Positions 1 through 12,770 of a stretch of DNA of 64,000 nucleotides are shown in pieces. The translations under genes and the position numbers were made by a program. A model generated the notes under the pieces. That model made no database searches. It was not told the origin of the DNA and worked only from the letters and a program-made list of their open reading frames with translations. The DNA is from Octopus bimaculoides. Lineage: Eukaryota. Numbering within the stretch: the stretch's first letter is position 1; each line of letters begins with the position of its first letter. The DNA lies in contig NC_068990.1 in NCBI RefSeq assembly GCF_001194135.2, positions 26,099,287-26,163,286 of the forward strand, given 5' to 3'.

Positions 1-559
1 CTATATGCCTTTCAGCATATTAATCTGGGGGTAAACAAAGTACACACACACACACATCTACAGAAGCATGTATACATACAGATAAGTATAATACACACAC
101 ACACCTGTATACATGGTGTGTCTCAGTGAGAGATTCCTGCAATAGTTCTGATTAATTAGAAGAGACTGATGATGAATTTGCAATATTTATATTCAGACAA
201 GGAGTTGCAGAGAGGTGTATATAATGGTGTATAATGTATATTAATGGAATATGGTGAATGGAAGAACTGGGAAAGGGAAGAAGTGGATGGAGGGAGGGGA
301 CAGGTGAGAGGAGAAAATATGGTAACAGGAAAGAAAGAAAGATTTATTAGAGAAAGAAGGAGGAAGAGGGGAAAAAGAAGACAGTGGAGAAGAAAAAGAA
401 AGGAAAGGAGGAGGATAAGAAGGAGGAGTAGGTAAAGGAGAAGAAAAAAAGAAGAAGTGGAAGGTGAGAAGAATGGGGAGTAGGCAAAGGGGAAGATGAA
501 AAGGAAGAAGAAGAAATTTTTAAGATGGTAGGAATGTAATTTGAAGGCTGGTTGACAGC

Positions 560-680
560 TCGATTACATGGTTTCAGGTTCAGTCCCACTGTGTGACACC
601 TTGAGCAAGTGTCTTCCGCTATAGCCCTGGGCTGACCAAAACTTTGCGACTGGATTTGGTAGATGGAAGTTCCTGTTGTG
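560..680 (+). mobile_element. tRNA-derived CORE-like SINE (family A), 5' part
   Basis: B-box-like GGTTCAGTCCC followed by CACCTTGAGCAAGTGTCTT...GGATTTGGTAGATGGAA; same as copies at 35186 and 41141. Confidence 0.75.
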
Positions 681-699
681 CATATACGTGTGTGTAAAA

Positions 700-810
700 G
701 TGTTTGTGTCTGCTAATACTTTGCATGGACCATGTCCTTGTGTTGTTGCTTTTTTCATGTTGTGTTTGTTCTTCATTTCTTTTGGATTTACTATATATAT
801 ATATATATAT
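700..810 (+). repeat. 3' piece of a Penelope-like terminal repeat family
   Basis: GTCTGCTAATACTTTGCATG...GGATTTACTA(TA)n matches the reverse complement of ~7190-7280. Confidence 0.55.
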
Positions 811-811
811 A

Positions 812-1268
812 TATTTAGTAAATTTTTCTTTTCCTCACATAACCATCTTTCTTTTCCTACGCGGACTGGATGTCTTCTGTCTCTCTCTTCTATCTTTTCT
901 CTTTCCAAAGAAAATATTTGTTCCAGCATTCACTATTTTTCCATTCGTTAAGGTCCAACGACCCTCCATGTTTGTTTTCGTCCGGTTTCTTTGTATGTCT
1001 CCACTGTACTGTTTTTGTTCCCAACTTTGACCCTCCATAAAATCCAAAATTTATTTTAGAAGTTATGGGAGCAACTTTGTTTTTGAAGACTCATATTATC
1101 GTTGAATGCTCAAAATGAGGAGTAGACAGACAGCCGACAACTGATGAAGGGTCGTTCTTTGTGTTACTTGTTCTGTTTTCAATTTCTTTTCTCTCATTGT
1201 TTGCGTATCTAACTCACTTGTTTTCGTACTTCCTGTTGTTTACAATTGGTGATGTCCTGCACCCATAT
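812..1268 (+). repeat. Unclassified dispersed repeat (family E), possibly Penelope-related
   Basis: ACAGCCGACAACTGATGAAG and downstream sequence recur reversed at 46000-46178. Confidence 0.55.
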
Positions 1269-1269
1269 A

Positions 1270-1327
<58 letters not shown>

Positions 1328-1339
1328 TACATACATACA

Positions 1340-1514
1340 CACACAGTGGGCTTCTTTCAGTTTCCATCTACCAGATTCACTCACAAGGCTTTGGTCAGCT
1401 CAAGGCTAGAGTAGAAAACATTTAAGCACTTGCCCAAGGTGCCATGCAGTGGGGCTGAACCCAGAACCATGTGGTTGAGAAGCAAACTTCTTACTACACA
1501 GCCACACCTGTGGC

Positions 1515-1557
<43 letters not shown>

Positions 1558-1771
1558 TCTTTTATTCTTTTACTTGTTTCAGTCATTTGACTGCGACCAT
1601 GCTGGAGCACTGCCTTTAGTCGAACAAATCGATTCCAGAACTTATTCTTTGTAAGCCTAGAACTTATCCTATTAGTCTCTTTTGCTGAACCACTATGTTA
1701 CAGGGACGTAAACACACCAAGATCTGTTGTCAAGTGATGGTGGGGGGACAAACACAAATACACAAATATAT

Positions 1772-1803
<32 letters not shown>

Positions 1804-1846
1804 GACGGGCTTCTTTCAATTTCCATCTACCAAATCCACTCACAAT
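1340..1846 (-). mobile_element. Two family A SINE fragments (head 1340-1512; tail/middle 1556-1846)
   Basis: Reverse complement of family A motifs (CTTGCCCAAGGTGCCATGCAGTGGGGCTGAACCC; TTTTACTTGTTTCAGTCATTTGACTGCG), separated by (GT)n. Confidence 0.8.
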
Positions 1847-1899
1847 CCATGAAAATAACTATAATAAAAGAGTTTTTGTGATTCAAACATTGGTCAAAC

Positions 1900-2700
1900 A
1901 TTTCCAGCACTGAGCCAAGACAAGGAGACACAACCAGAATGTAAGAAGCTAGCATAGAAATGGTTTTGAGAATAAGAGTGTCTCAGAGTAACAAAGACCA
2001 TTGTGGTAGTGGCAAAAGAGACAGGGATTGAACACAGCATGCTGGTGTGGGAAGGTTTGTTTATCAATGAGATGGTTACGCTTAGAATGTAGTGTAACAT
2101 GTCTGTATATGTACCAACTGATTCACTAACCACCTGGACTAGAATCTTTCACACAACTTCCTGCTATCTCCTTTAAGAAGCGCTTTCATTCACATGGCTT
2201 TCTGCTATCTGTTTCTGGAAGTATTCTGTCTCAGAAGTAATCTAGTTTATTACTAACTAACATTACTTCCCTTTTACTCCGTATCTCATCCTATTTTAAC
2301 ATTTATATCTTCCCATCCTTAAGTACGTTTCCATTCAACCATGAACAGTCACACACACATGGCTTCTTAAATTAATTTTTACTTTTCATTGACTTCACCT
2401 CCATCCTTGTTTGCCAGTCACTACGTCCACCTCTACCCTTGTCTCTAACCATCTGCCGTTCTCCTCTCAAACTCTTGCCATCTTACCCATCCACCATTCC
2501 CCGATCCTCCTCCGTTCGTATTCTCTCTTGAAGCTCTGTTCTATCTTGTGAGTGCTCTGACATCTCATCACCACCATCTTTATCGTCTTCCCAGCTACTC
2601 TTATCCATTCTTTTAAAAAGCAGGCTAACCATGTATCTCCCCTGCAGAAACACATCTGCTCTTATATCTCTATCATACTTTAACCCTTTATCATCTGACC
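1900..2700 (-). pseudogene. Possible highly decayed non-LTR retrotransposon ORF remnant
   Basis: Broken minus-strand frames (KEWIRVAGKTIKM...SFKREYERRRIGEWW) only loosely resemble the R4/Dong post-RT 'RLY.PR..GGRG' region. Confidence 0.3.
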
Positions 2701-2704
2701 TCTC

Positions 2705-2819
2705 AGCAACACCCACGCTCAGCTGAGCAGGGCTTCTTTTTTGTGAGTTACTTAGTGACCTCACTAGTACTGGTGTCCCCCACCCCCAAGGAAAACAAAA
2801 GCACCCAATGCAATCTGTA
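2705..2819 (+). mobile_element. Family C internal fragment truncated by the adjacent hAT element
   Basis: CACTAGTACTGGTGTC...AAAAGCACCCAATGCAATCTGTA matches the segment preceding GTGGTTGGCATTAGGAAGGG in other C copies. Confidence 0.45.
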
Positions 2820-3790
2820 CAAGGTTGCCAATTCGAAATTTAAAAATCACCTAATAGAAGTGGAAACTACCAGAAGAAAGAAAATATCATTTTTATTGGT
2901 GTAAAAATCAAAAGATTTATATTAAAATGTTTTAACTCAAAATGATATGATATGAATGTAATTACTTTTATTTTTACTCCATAATATTTTGGAAGATTTT
3001 GCAATTAATTCCTCTGCATGTAGAAGCCATAATTTCACATGATTGATAAGCATCCATGGATCCAAGTTTCTTTAACAATTTACCTGGTAATTTAGAATCA
3101 CAACAATATTTACCAAAATGTTTCAATTCATATTCGATGCTCAAGATTTCTCTTGGTGTTTCTCTGCTAGGATGGTTATCCTCATTTAATTTCCTTAAAA
3201 TTCTTGTGGCTAAATACTTTCTCCACATCAACATTTGCATATGATAAATTTGGAAGGGTTAAAGCTAACTTAAGACAAATGCCCAAATGGATTTCTCCCA
3301 GGTGAATGCCAATACGCTGTTTATTTAACCCAGAAAGGAACTGTGTGACAAATCTGTCCATTGTGTATTTAAAAGAAAAAAAAAATTTCTGTTGAAAATC
3401 AGTTTTTGTCAGAATCTCTGAATTTTCATTAAATTGCATGGCAAGGTCAATAATTCTAGGTTGTATTGATTTTAGACATTCTGTTACACTAAAATAACTC
3501 ACTGATTGTAAAAGGTGAATATTCTCTGGAAGACACCGTTTAATTTGCTTCAAGACTTCCACAACAAATTGTATGCATCGGCTTTTTATCTCATTTTCTC
3601 CTTGGTCAATAAATTTAAACTCTGAGATTCCCTTCTCAAATTGATTACCCGGATATGGCTTTATATCTAAATAATCCTGCTCTGAATCATTTCCATTTAG
3701 CTTCTTTCCTGGTATTTTAATTATTGAACTGAGCAAATTAAGGAAATGCTGAAAGTCATTCAATGATTTAACGAGGTCTTGTAAATGGGA
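2820..3790 (-). pseudogene. hAT DNA transposon remnant: transposase C-terminal half plus one TIR-like end
   Basis: ORF 3182-3820 ends LALTLPNLSYANVDVEKVFSHKN, resembling the hAT dimerization motif L.LP.SNA.VER.FS; shifted frame continues EILSIEYELKHFGKYCC...LLKKLGSMDAY; CAAGGTTGCCA at 2820-2830 resembles CAGGGTTGCCA-type TIRs; 5' side interrupted by a SINE. Confidence 0.7.
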
Positions 3791-3801
3791 TCGTTGGATA
3801 T

Positions 3802-4377
3802 TTTTTTCTACTCTAGGCACAAGGCCCGAAATTTTTGCGGAAGGGGCCAGTCGATTAGATTGACCCTAGTGCTCAACTGGTACTTAATTTATCGACCCCA
3901 AAAGGATGAAAGGCAAAATCGACCTCAGCTGAATTTGAACTCTGAATGTAAAGACAGACGAAATACTGCTAAACATTCCCCCCCCCCCCCAGAGTGCTAA
4001 CGATTCTGTCAGTTTACCACCTTAAGGGAGAGGGTTGGATATTATCAAAGCAATCAGTTTTTCGGCAATAGGCACAAAGTCTGAAATTTTGAGGGAAGGG
4101 AGTTAGCCAATGACATCAAGCCCAGTGCATAACTGGTACTTATTTCATCGACCCTGAGAGGAGGTTGAAAAGCAAAGCTGGCCTCAACAGAACTTAAGCT
4201 TGGGAGAGGGGATAAAAGTCAATTACATCGACCCCAGTGTGTAACTGGTACTTACTTAATCAACCCTCAAAAGGATGAAAGGCAAAGGCGACCTCGGTGG
4301 AATTTGAACTTAGAATGTAGCGAAATCCTGCTAAGCATTTCCCCCCAGTGTGCTAATGATTCTGCCAGCTCACTGCC

Positions 4378-4380
<3 letters not shown>
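3802..4380 (-). mobile_element. Cluster of three co-oriented tRNA-derived Meta-domain-like SINEs (family B)
   Basis: Reverse complement of GAGCTGGCAGAA (A box), GTTCAAATTC (B box) and GACTTTGCCTTTCATCCTTTCGGGGTCGATAAATTAAGTACCAG. Confidence 0.8.

Positions 4381-4426
<46 letters not shown>
4378..4426 (+). repeat. (TAA)n microsatellite, insertion site of the adjacent LINE
   Basis: About 16 perfect TAA units. Confidence 0.95.
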
Positions 4427-5013
4427 GGTTATATTCACAGACATGACGAAGTTGGGACCTACATACACTGGAAGCTATGCCAACACTATGGAATAACAAC
4501 AGAAAAAAGATGGTATAGGCATACGCCAGAAAAGGTCACAGACAATGAAAAAGCAACAATACTCTGGGATATGCCAATACACACAGATAGAGAAATCAAG
4601 GCTAATAGACCAGATATAGTTGTCAGAAATCATGAAGAAAAAGAATGCTTTCTAATTGATGTATCAATACCAGCAGATGACAACGTTTCTCTAAAAGAAA
4701 TGGAGAAACTTTCAAAATACAAAGACCTGGAAATAGAGGTAACTCGAATGTGGAGTCTAAAAACAGAAACGATTCCTATCAACTAGGTACGATAAAAAAA
4801 AATATTCAAACAAATACATAACAAAAACACCAGGACTAACAAATATATATAACATACAGAAAATAGCACTACTGGGCACTGCACACATCTTACGCAAAAC
4901 GCTTTCAATACAGTAACCATAAGAGCATCACAGCAAACCACAGCACATACCCAAGACACACAGAGCTGCGCTCGGTAGTGAAGTGAAAGCATGTTATAAA
5001 AATAAGACTACTG
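4427..5013 (+). mobile_element. 5'-truncated R4/Dong-clade non-LTR retrotransposon (restriction-like endonuclease domain plus 3' UTR)
   Basis: Frame from 4427 reads GYIHRHDEVGTYIHWKLC...ILWDMPIHTDREIKANRPDIVV...CFLIDVSIPADDNVSLKEMEKLSKYKDL (RHD, PD..D, KY motifs); small deletion near IPI(IVGALG); flanked by TAA repeats. Confidence 0.9.
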
Positions 5014-5026
5014 AATAATAATAAGG

Positions 5027-5237
5027 GTTTCAAATATTGCCACAAGATTAATAATTTTGGGGAGGGATAAGTCAATTACATCAACCCTAGTGTTTCACTG
5101 GTACTTAATTCATCAACACTGAAAGGATGAAAGGAAAAGTTGACCTCGGCGGAATTTGAACTCAGAACATAGACAGACAAAATGCTGCTAAACATTTAGA
5201 CCAGGATGGTAATGATTCTGCCAGCTCACCGCCTTCA
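5027..5237 (-). mobile_element. Family B SINE
   Basis: GGATGAAAGGAAAAGTTGACCTCGGCGGAATTTGAACTCAGAAC...CCAGCTCACCGCCTT. Confidence 0.85.
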
Positions 5238-6194
5238 ATAATAATAATGATGATGATGATGATATGTAAAACATAATTATTATTTAAAGCTGATGGGTCT
5301 TTTCAGGGCTGGTGCTTAGATTTGGTTTAGTGTTGTTAAAAAGATGAAGGCCAAACTTTGTCCCAAGATGCTTAGAAAATCTTAAGAATTGTCCACAGAA
5401 GATCAGGTTCCAAGAGACACCTATCATTAGAGTACTGGTGTTGGTTTTAAGAGAAAATTTCATTGGTTAAAAGCAAAGAATTATATACTTAAGGTATCTA
5501 TCTATCTATCTATCTATCTATCTACCTACCTATCTATTCTACGCCAACTCTGGGGTATTATCTTAATTTATGATGGCTCACTGGTGTTATAAAAACAAAG
5601 CTAAGCAGTGAAAAAATAGGATAAAAAATAGAAGGAAAAATTGGGAAAAATAAAAGATGCACAAAAAAAAACTAAGGCTAAGTAGAGAAAATATATGATG
5701 AAAATAATTAAAAAATGCAAGGATAAGTAGGAAAAAATGATATAAAGAAAAATAGTGAAAAAAAAAAATAAAAGAGCAAAGCTAAATAAAAAGAAAAATT
5801 ACAAATAAAATAGTAAAAAAAAAACTAAAATAAAACATGGTAAACAGTAAAAAAAGAGGAAAATATATGAAGAATAGTAAAAAAAAAACAACTAGTAGAA
5901 AAAAAGAAATAATAAAAAATGAGAAACCAATAAAAAAACATATATAGAAAAATGAAATGAAAAGATAAAAAAAATTTGCTTGAAAATAGTATATTTTGTA
6001 AGTAGACGTAATCCCTGAGGGAAGTTAGAATTTCAGATGATTTCTCCAGAGGTGACCAAAGAGAAAATGAAAAGCTTATTTCAGAATTGAGCTCAATAGA
6101 ATGATGGAATAATGGAATAATAGAATAACTGTCATGACAAAATATTTTCATACAGACATCAAACTAGCAAAAGGGTCACAACATACACACACAC

Positions 6195-6245
<51 letters not shown>

Positions 6246-6648
6246 GTGTGTGTGTGAATTGTATAAGTGTGTTTATGTGTGCCGAAATGTATGCATTTGT
6301 ATGTATGTGTGTATTTGTAGATATGTGTGTGTGTGTGTGCGCGTATACATATATATAGAGACAAATTTGACATATATAGATGTGTATATATAAATATACA
6401 AACCCACATACATATACACACACATATACACACAAACACAAATACAGAGTGTAAAATTATGCAGATCCTTGCATGCACAGGTTGATATGCGCATATTATA
6501 TACTAGTACGTATGTGTTCAATAGACTTAATATATGTGTGTACAGGTGTGCATTCATTCATAGGTATACATCTATCTGTCTATCTATCTGTCTGTCTATA
6601 TGAATATATATATATATATTTATATTTATAAACATAATTAAGGGATCA

Positions 6649-6752
6649 GCAAATATTTGCTTCACCACATACCGAAGTTCAGAAATAGCAGCTAAAAAAG
6701 CTTTTTTAGCTGCTATTTCTGAACTTCGGTATGTGGTGAAGCAAATATTTGC
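6649..6752. repeat. Perfect spacer-less palindrome, 52-bp arms, ending at an N-gap
   Basis: Centre AAAAAAG|CTTTTTT between 6700 and 6701; arms exactly complementary. Confidence 0.9.
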
Positions 6753-6921
6753 NNNNNNNNNNNNNNNNNNNNNNNNNNNNNNNNNNNNNNNNNNNNNNNN
6801 NNNNNNNNNNNNNNNNNNNNNNNNNNNNNNNNNNNNNNNNNNNNNNNNNNNNNNNNNNNNTATTAATTGTTAATTTATTAATAAATTAATAAATTGATAA
6901 ACCTTTACCCTTTTAATTTGT

Positions 6922-6952
<31 letters not shown>

Positions 6953-7189
6953 AGGGTGATAAAATGGATATTAATTTAATTAACAATAATTTAAAACCAG
7001 TGGCCTAGCATAAAGAAAATTCAGAAAAATTATATTACATACATGTGAGAAGGGATGACCACTAAGTGGACATCCATTATACTAGAAATAGACCATATAC
7101 GGTCAAACCACAAAAGAAAAGAATGTTCTCCAGGGAAATTCAGCACACACCAGAACATGAATGGGCAAGACAATATATATATATATATA

Positions 7190-7395
7190 TAGTAAATCCC
7201 CCAAAAAGGAAGAACAAATACAACAACAACAAAACTACAATGCGAGGACATGGTACATGCAAAGTATTAGCAGACGTTCAAGGAAGGAAGGAAAGGTAGT
7301 TTTATTTTTTGAGCAAAGCTCCTTGTCAGAAACAGGAGACAGAGGAAAATCTACGAGAAAAGAAAGACAGAGGAAAAAAATCACCAATGATCCAC
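7190..7395 (-). mobile_element. Penelope-like terminal repeat fragment with a decayed hammerhead-like motif
   Basis: Minus strand CTGACAAG-GAGC-TTT-GCTC-AAAAA at ~7298-7335; 3' part shared with 700-810. Confidence 0.5.
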
Positions 7396-7564
7396 CAGTA
7401 CTTTTCTTACTTAATCTTACAGGTGTGTCACTAACAAATACTGATGTGCTATGTGATGATTATTATGTAAATGATTCTATAACAGGGTTGAAACATCAAA
7501 TCTTCAGAGAATATTGTAAATGAATTCAGTGCCACATTCAAAATAAGGTTGGTTGATTGTTGAG

Positions 7565-8115
7565 TAGACATAGTCGTGGCCATGTGGTTAAGAAGTTTGC
7601 ATCCCAAGTATGTGGGTTTGTGTTCAATCCTACCACTTTGTGTGACAGCTTGGGTAAATGTTTTCTATAGCTCTGAGCTGGCGAAAGTTATGCAGGCAGA
7701 TCTAGTTGGCAGAAACCGAGGAAAGGTATCCAACTGCAGCAACTATGGCCTAGCTTGATATCAGAGCTTGATGCAGTCCTCTGGCTCATCTGTGTCTGTT
7801 GAACCGTCCAGTTGATGCTAGCATGGAAAACAGATGTTTAATGTTGATGATGATAATGATGATGGTGATGATGATGATGATGTATATTAATATCTCTTTG
7901 TTTTGACTTCATGCAGTGTTGTTTGCTTCTAATATTCTTTCATGAGTCCACAGCTGTAATCTACACGCCCCCGTAACTTAGCGGTTTGGCAAAAGACCCC
8001 GATAGAATAAGTACTGGGCTTGCAAAGAATAAGTCCTGGGGTTGATTTGCTCAACTAAAAGGTAGTGCCCCAGCATGGCCGCAGTCAAATGACTGAAACA
8101 AATAAAAGAATAAAA
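7565..8115 (+). mobile_element. Composite of family A head (7565-7700), family C tail (7705-7885) and family A tail (7965-8115)
   Basis: GGCCATGTGGTTAAGAAGTTTGC; ATGCTAGCATGGAAAACAG..(GAT)n; CCCGTAACTTAGCGG...GACTGAAACAAATAAAAG. Confidence 0.7.
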
Positions 8116-8313
8116 GAATAAACGAATATGTAATCATTTTTGTATCTTGCTATCGTTATATACATACATATATATATATATACATATATATATACACACA
8201 TATAAATACGTATACATGCATATATGTACACACATATACATACATACATACATACATATATATACACATATAAATACGTATATATGCATATATGTACACA
8301 CATATACATACAT

Positions 8314-8376
<63 letters not shown>

Positions 8377-8389
8377 NNNNNNNNNNNNN

Positions 8390-8468
<79 letters not shown>

Positions 8469-9013
8469 GTGAGTGATAGATAAATGCACTTATAGTACAC
8501 ATCGTTTTCAGAAAAAAAGTATATGAATAAAAATACAACAATAATTCAATCAGAAGTAAAGTTTAGTGGAGGTAATGTTTCATGGGGAAAAGTGTTTCTG
8601 CTGACAATCTACTTAACTTCCAGGTCACCATTAACATCATCATCTTCGTAGCCATCATCACTATAAACACCTCCATTAACATCCCCACATGTCTATAACA
8701 TCAATAGCTGCCACCCTCCAACCATCAGCAACAATAGCGTTACCGCTAACACCATTATCATCACCATCATCATCATAGTTATATATTTCATGAGCTCCCT
8801 AGTCTGGAAAACTGTGCCATCTTTTCAGTGTTCACTTATTTGACCTATATATGTATATACACACACATACATATGCACACATACAAATGCACACATACAT
8901 AAACACATGCAGATATGGTCAAAGGTACACATACATTCAAATATAAATGCATGCTCATATGTACACACTCTTATATACATATGTCTCCATACATCCACAT
9001 AGTAATATTTATG

Positions 9014-9045
<32 letters not shown>

Positions 9046-9055
9046 NNNNNNNNNN

Positions 9056-9102
<47 letters not shown>

Positions 9103-9953
9103 CTTATAAATACACGTCAGTCTAGCTATATCTATCTATATATGTATATTAAAATACATATGTATACACACATACACATGCGCACCTACATGTAATATTT
9201 ATGCAAAGACCTGAAATATATCAATTCACCATGAAATGGTTTTAGCTTAAACAGAGATTTCTCTCCATCTTTACACCTCACCCCACACACACCTCAACCA
9301 ACAACCACCAGTTAAGTTAATTTTCCACTGAAGCAGCAGCAGATATCTCTTAAAACATTACAACTAGAGAACTAGATCCTGTTTCTGCTGAATGGGAAGA
9401 TCTACTCTATATTTTGGGATTAAATATGCATTAAATTATATATGTATATATATCTACATATATATACACATACAAATACAGATATATGCATACATACACA
9501 CCCATACACACACATAAACGCCCACTACTTGACTGTATGTATATATATATATATATGTATATATATATGGGCCGTGCTTTGGACGGACTATAGTTAAGTT
9601 CCAGGTTTGGTGGTTATATACACACACACACATATATATGATACATATATACACATTCCTATATTCACACATAAGTATATATGTATANNNNNNNNNNNNN
9701 NNNNNNNNNNNNNNNNNNNNNNNNNNNNNNNNNNNNNNNNNNNNNNNNNNNNNNNNNNNNNNNNNNNNNNNNNNNNNNNNNNNNNNNNNNNNNNNNNNNN
9801 NNNNNNNNNNNNNNNNNNNNNNNNNNNNNNNNNNNNNNNNNNNNNNNNNNNNNNNNNNNNNNNNNNNNNNNNNNNNNNNNNNNNNNNNNNNNNNNNNNNN
9901 NNNNNNNNNNNNNNNNNNNNNNNNNNNNNNNNNNNNNNNNNNNNNNNNNNNNN

Positions 9954-9990
<37 letters not shown>

Positions 9991-10342
9991 CATAAATACA
10001 TATATACATGCACATCCATACACATATGCATATACATACATAAATACTTATATACACATATATACATATACATAAACACACACATGTATATACAGACACG
10101 CACAAAGAGTCACATATATGCTGATTGTCTCATCTTGTCTGATGATAGCCATCTCACAGCGAGACAGGCATATCATTGGATTTAAGTGAAAAAAGTTTGT
10201 ACAACACTTTTGTCATTCTCTTGGACACCATTGCAAAGCTTTGAGTGCACACACATGCATACATACGCATATACACATACATACATACACACGTGTATAT
10301 ATTATTATTATTGTTGATATATATATGTATTAATATATACCA

Positions 10343-10705
10343 TGAGGTGTTGGGCCTCATGGAGGCAATGACTAAGACCTTTGGCATTATTTCGTGCTTG
10401 AGAAGAATACCCAACAAGCTGAGCAAAATTGCAGTCATGGCAGATACTGGTGTCACACAATCGGGACCCATGCCAGTGGCGTGTAAATGCACCCTGGTGT
10501 CACGCAACTGGCATCCATGCTGGTAGCACGTAAAAGCACCCATTGTACTTTCAGAGTGGTTGGCGTCAGGAAGGGCATCCAGCTATAGAAAACCATGCCA
10601 AATCAGACTGGAGCCTGGTGCAGCCTTCCAGGGTGCCAGCCCAGTCAAACCGTCCAACCCATGCCAGCATGGTCAATGGACGTTAAATGAGGACGATGAT
10701 GATGA
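10343..10705 (+). mobile_element. Family C short retroelement, (GAT)n-tailed, probably RTE-mobilised
   Basis: GTGGTTGGCGTCAGGAAGGGCATCCAGC...CCAACCCATGCCAGCATGG...GATGATGAT. Confidence 0.75.
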
Positions 10706-10845
10706 TATAAACACACACATATACATACACACACATATATACATTCACATGCATATACATATATAATACATACATAAACAAGCATATACATATATGTACA
10801 CTCACAAACGCCTACATATATATATATATATATATATACATACAC

Positions 10846-10979
10846 ATAAAGAGAGAAAAGGATAAAGAGAACAATGGCAAAGTTAGAAATATATTTTATG
10901 GATAAAGTTTTTATCCATTTTATCCATAAAATATATTTCTAACTTTGCCATTGTTCTCTTTATCCTTTTCTCTCTTTAT
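10846..10979. repeat. Perfect inverted repeat, 61-bp arms, 12-bp spacer
   Basis: 10846-10906 is the exact reverse complement of 10919-10979; spacer GTTTTTATCCAT. Confidence 0.9.
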
Positions 10980-12338
10980 ACATACACACGCTAATACACG
11001 ACCTATGTTATAATCTCCACTCTTGTTTATACAATGAACGGGGCAAAACCAGCTGGCATACAGTACTTACTCGATATTACCTGTACCTTTGGGTTTGGTT
11101 GAATCCAATACCCTTCTTAACCTTATACATACACATATACATATAACTGGGGTGGGGCACAATGAGTAATACTTGTTGCATTTTTTACTGAGAACAAACT
11201 ACATCAGCTAAGCAAATGACTGTCTCTAAATACATTAAAACATGACAACCTTTCAGAACACTATTTCAGATAATTATCTAAGTTCTCTTAGAGTGTACAA
11301 AAGACAGATTTAGGAAGAATTACATTTGCAAAAAAAAAAAAAAANNNNNNNNNNNNNNNNNNNNNNNNNNNNNNNNNNNNNNNNNNNNNNNNNNNNNNNN
11401 NNNNNNNNNNNNNNNNNNNNNNNNNNNNNNNNNNNNNNNNNNNNNNNNNNNNNNNNNNNNNNNNNNNNNNNNNNNNNNNNNNNNNNNNNNNNNNNNNNNN
11501 NNNNNNNNNNNNNNNNNNNNNNNNNNNNNNNNNNNNNNNNNNNNNNNNNNNNNNNNNNNNNNNNNNNNNNNNNNNNNNNNNNNNNNNNNNNNNNNNNNNN
11601 NNNNNNNNNNNNNNNNNNNNNNNNNNNNNNNNNNNNNNNNNNNNNNNNNNNNNNNNNNNNNNNNNNNNNNNNNNNNNNNNNNNNNNNNNNNNNNNNNNNN
11701 NNNNNNNNNNNNNNNNNNNNNNNNNNNNNNNNNNNNNNNNNNNNNNNNNNNNNNNNNNNNNNNNNNNNNNNNNNNNNNNNNNNNNNNNNNNNNNNNNNNN
11801 NNNNNNNNNNNNNNNNNNNNNNNNNNNNNNNNNNNNNNNNNNNNNNNNNNNNNNNNNNNNNNNNNNNNNNNNNNNNNNNNNNNNNNNNNNNNNNNNNNNN
11901 NNNNNNNNNNNNNNNNNNNNNNNNNNNNNNNNNNNNNNNNNNNNNNNNNNNNNNNNNNNNNNNNNNNNNNNNNNNNNNNNNNNNNNNNNNNNNNNNNNNN
12001 NNNNNNNNNNNNNNNNNNNNNNNNNNNNNNNNNNNNNNNNNNNNNNNNNNNNNNNNNNNNNNNNNNNNNNNNNNNNNNNNNNNNNNNNNNNNNNNNNNNN
12101 NNNNNNNNNNNNNNNNNNNNNNNNNNNNNNNNNNNNNNNNNNNNNNNNNNNNNNNNNNNNNNNNNNNNNNNNNNNNNNNNNNNNNNNNNNNNNNNNNNNN
12201 NNNNNNNNNNNNNNNNNNNNNNNNNNNNNNNNNNGGATGGTCATATTGCCAGTTTAGCCAATAAAAACACACGCACTGTATATTTGGTGTTAATTTGTTT
12301 CAGCTTTATATTACATTACATTACATTAATCCTATTTC

Positions 12339-12383
12339 GGCCAGAGTTCTTTCGTCACACTTCTGTGACCTCATCAGTGGTCC
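12339..12383 (-). ncRNA. Minimal type-I hammerhead ribozyme motif (candidate)
   Basis: GGACCA-CTGATGA-G-GTCACA[GAAG]TGTGAC-GAAA-G[AA]C-TC^TGGCC. Confidence 0.65.
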
Positions 12384-12409
12384 TTTGCTTTCTTCTTTCT
12401 TATGTGTGT

Positions 12410-12600
12410 CCCACCTTGATAACTATCAGCCATTTTCTATTTTGACAAAATGTGGCACTAGCACAGGTGAGGTTAGTTTTGGCATGATTTTTACAGCTGG
12501 ATGCCCTTCGAAATGCCAACCCCATTACTGTGTAGATTGGGTACTTCTAACATGCACCAACACTGAAAGGGTCACCATGTAACTTGCAAGACAAGGACTT
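12410..12600 (-). mobile_element. Diverged family C copy
   Basis: CAGCTGGATGCCCTTC..ATGCCAACC. Confidence 0.6.
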
Positions 12601-12770
12601 ATGAGAGGGGCAGGGGCATTTGAGGAGGGGAACTTTTGTTAGAGGATGAAAGATTAGAGGGTGGCAAAGAGACAGAGAGACAAAAGCAGATGTTTTGCCA
12701 CAACAGAAGGGCATTTGAGGAGGTGACTCAGTATATATACACACACGCACGCAAACATTTATGTATACAT

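Noticed and set aside
1141-1170. CTGATGAAG half of a hammerhead core in family E (also at 46133-41)
   Set aside because: No downstream GAAA or consistent stems
10138-10180. CTGATGA...CGAGAC hammerhead-like string
   Set aside because: GAAA is mutated and stems I and III do not pair
11288-12272. Long ORFs spanning N-runs (also at 18.2k, 21.6k, 29.7k, 42.4k, 47k, 53.6k, 62.5k)
   Set aside because: They are open only because gaps translate as X
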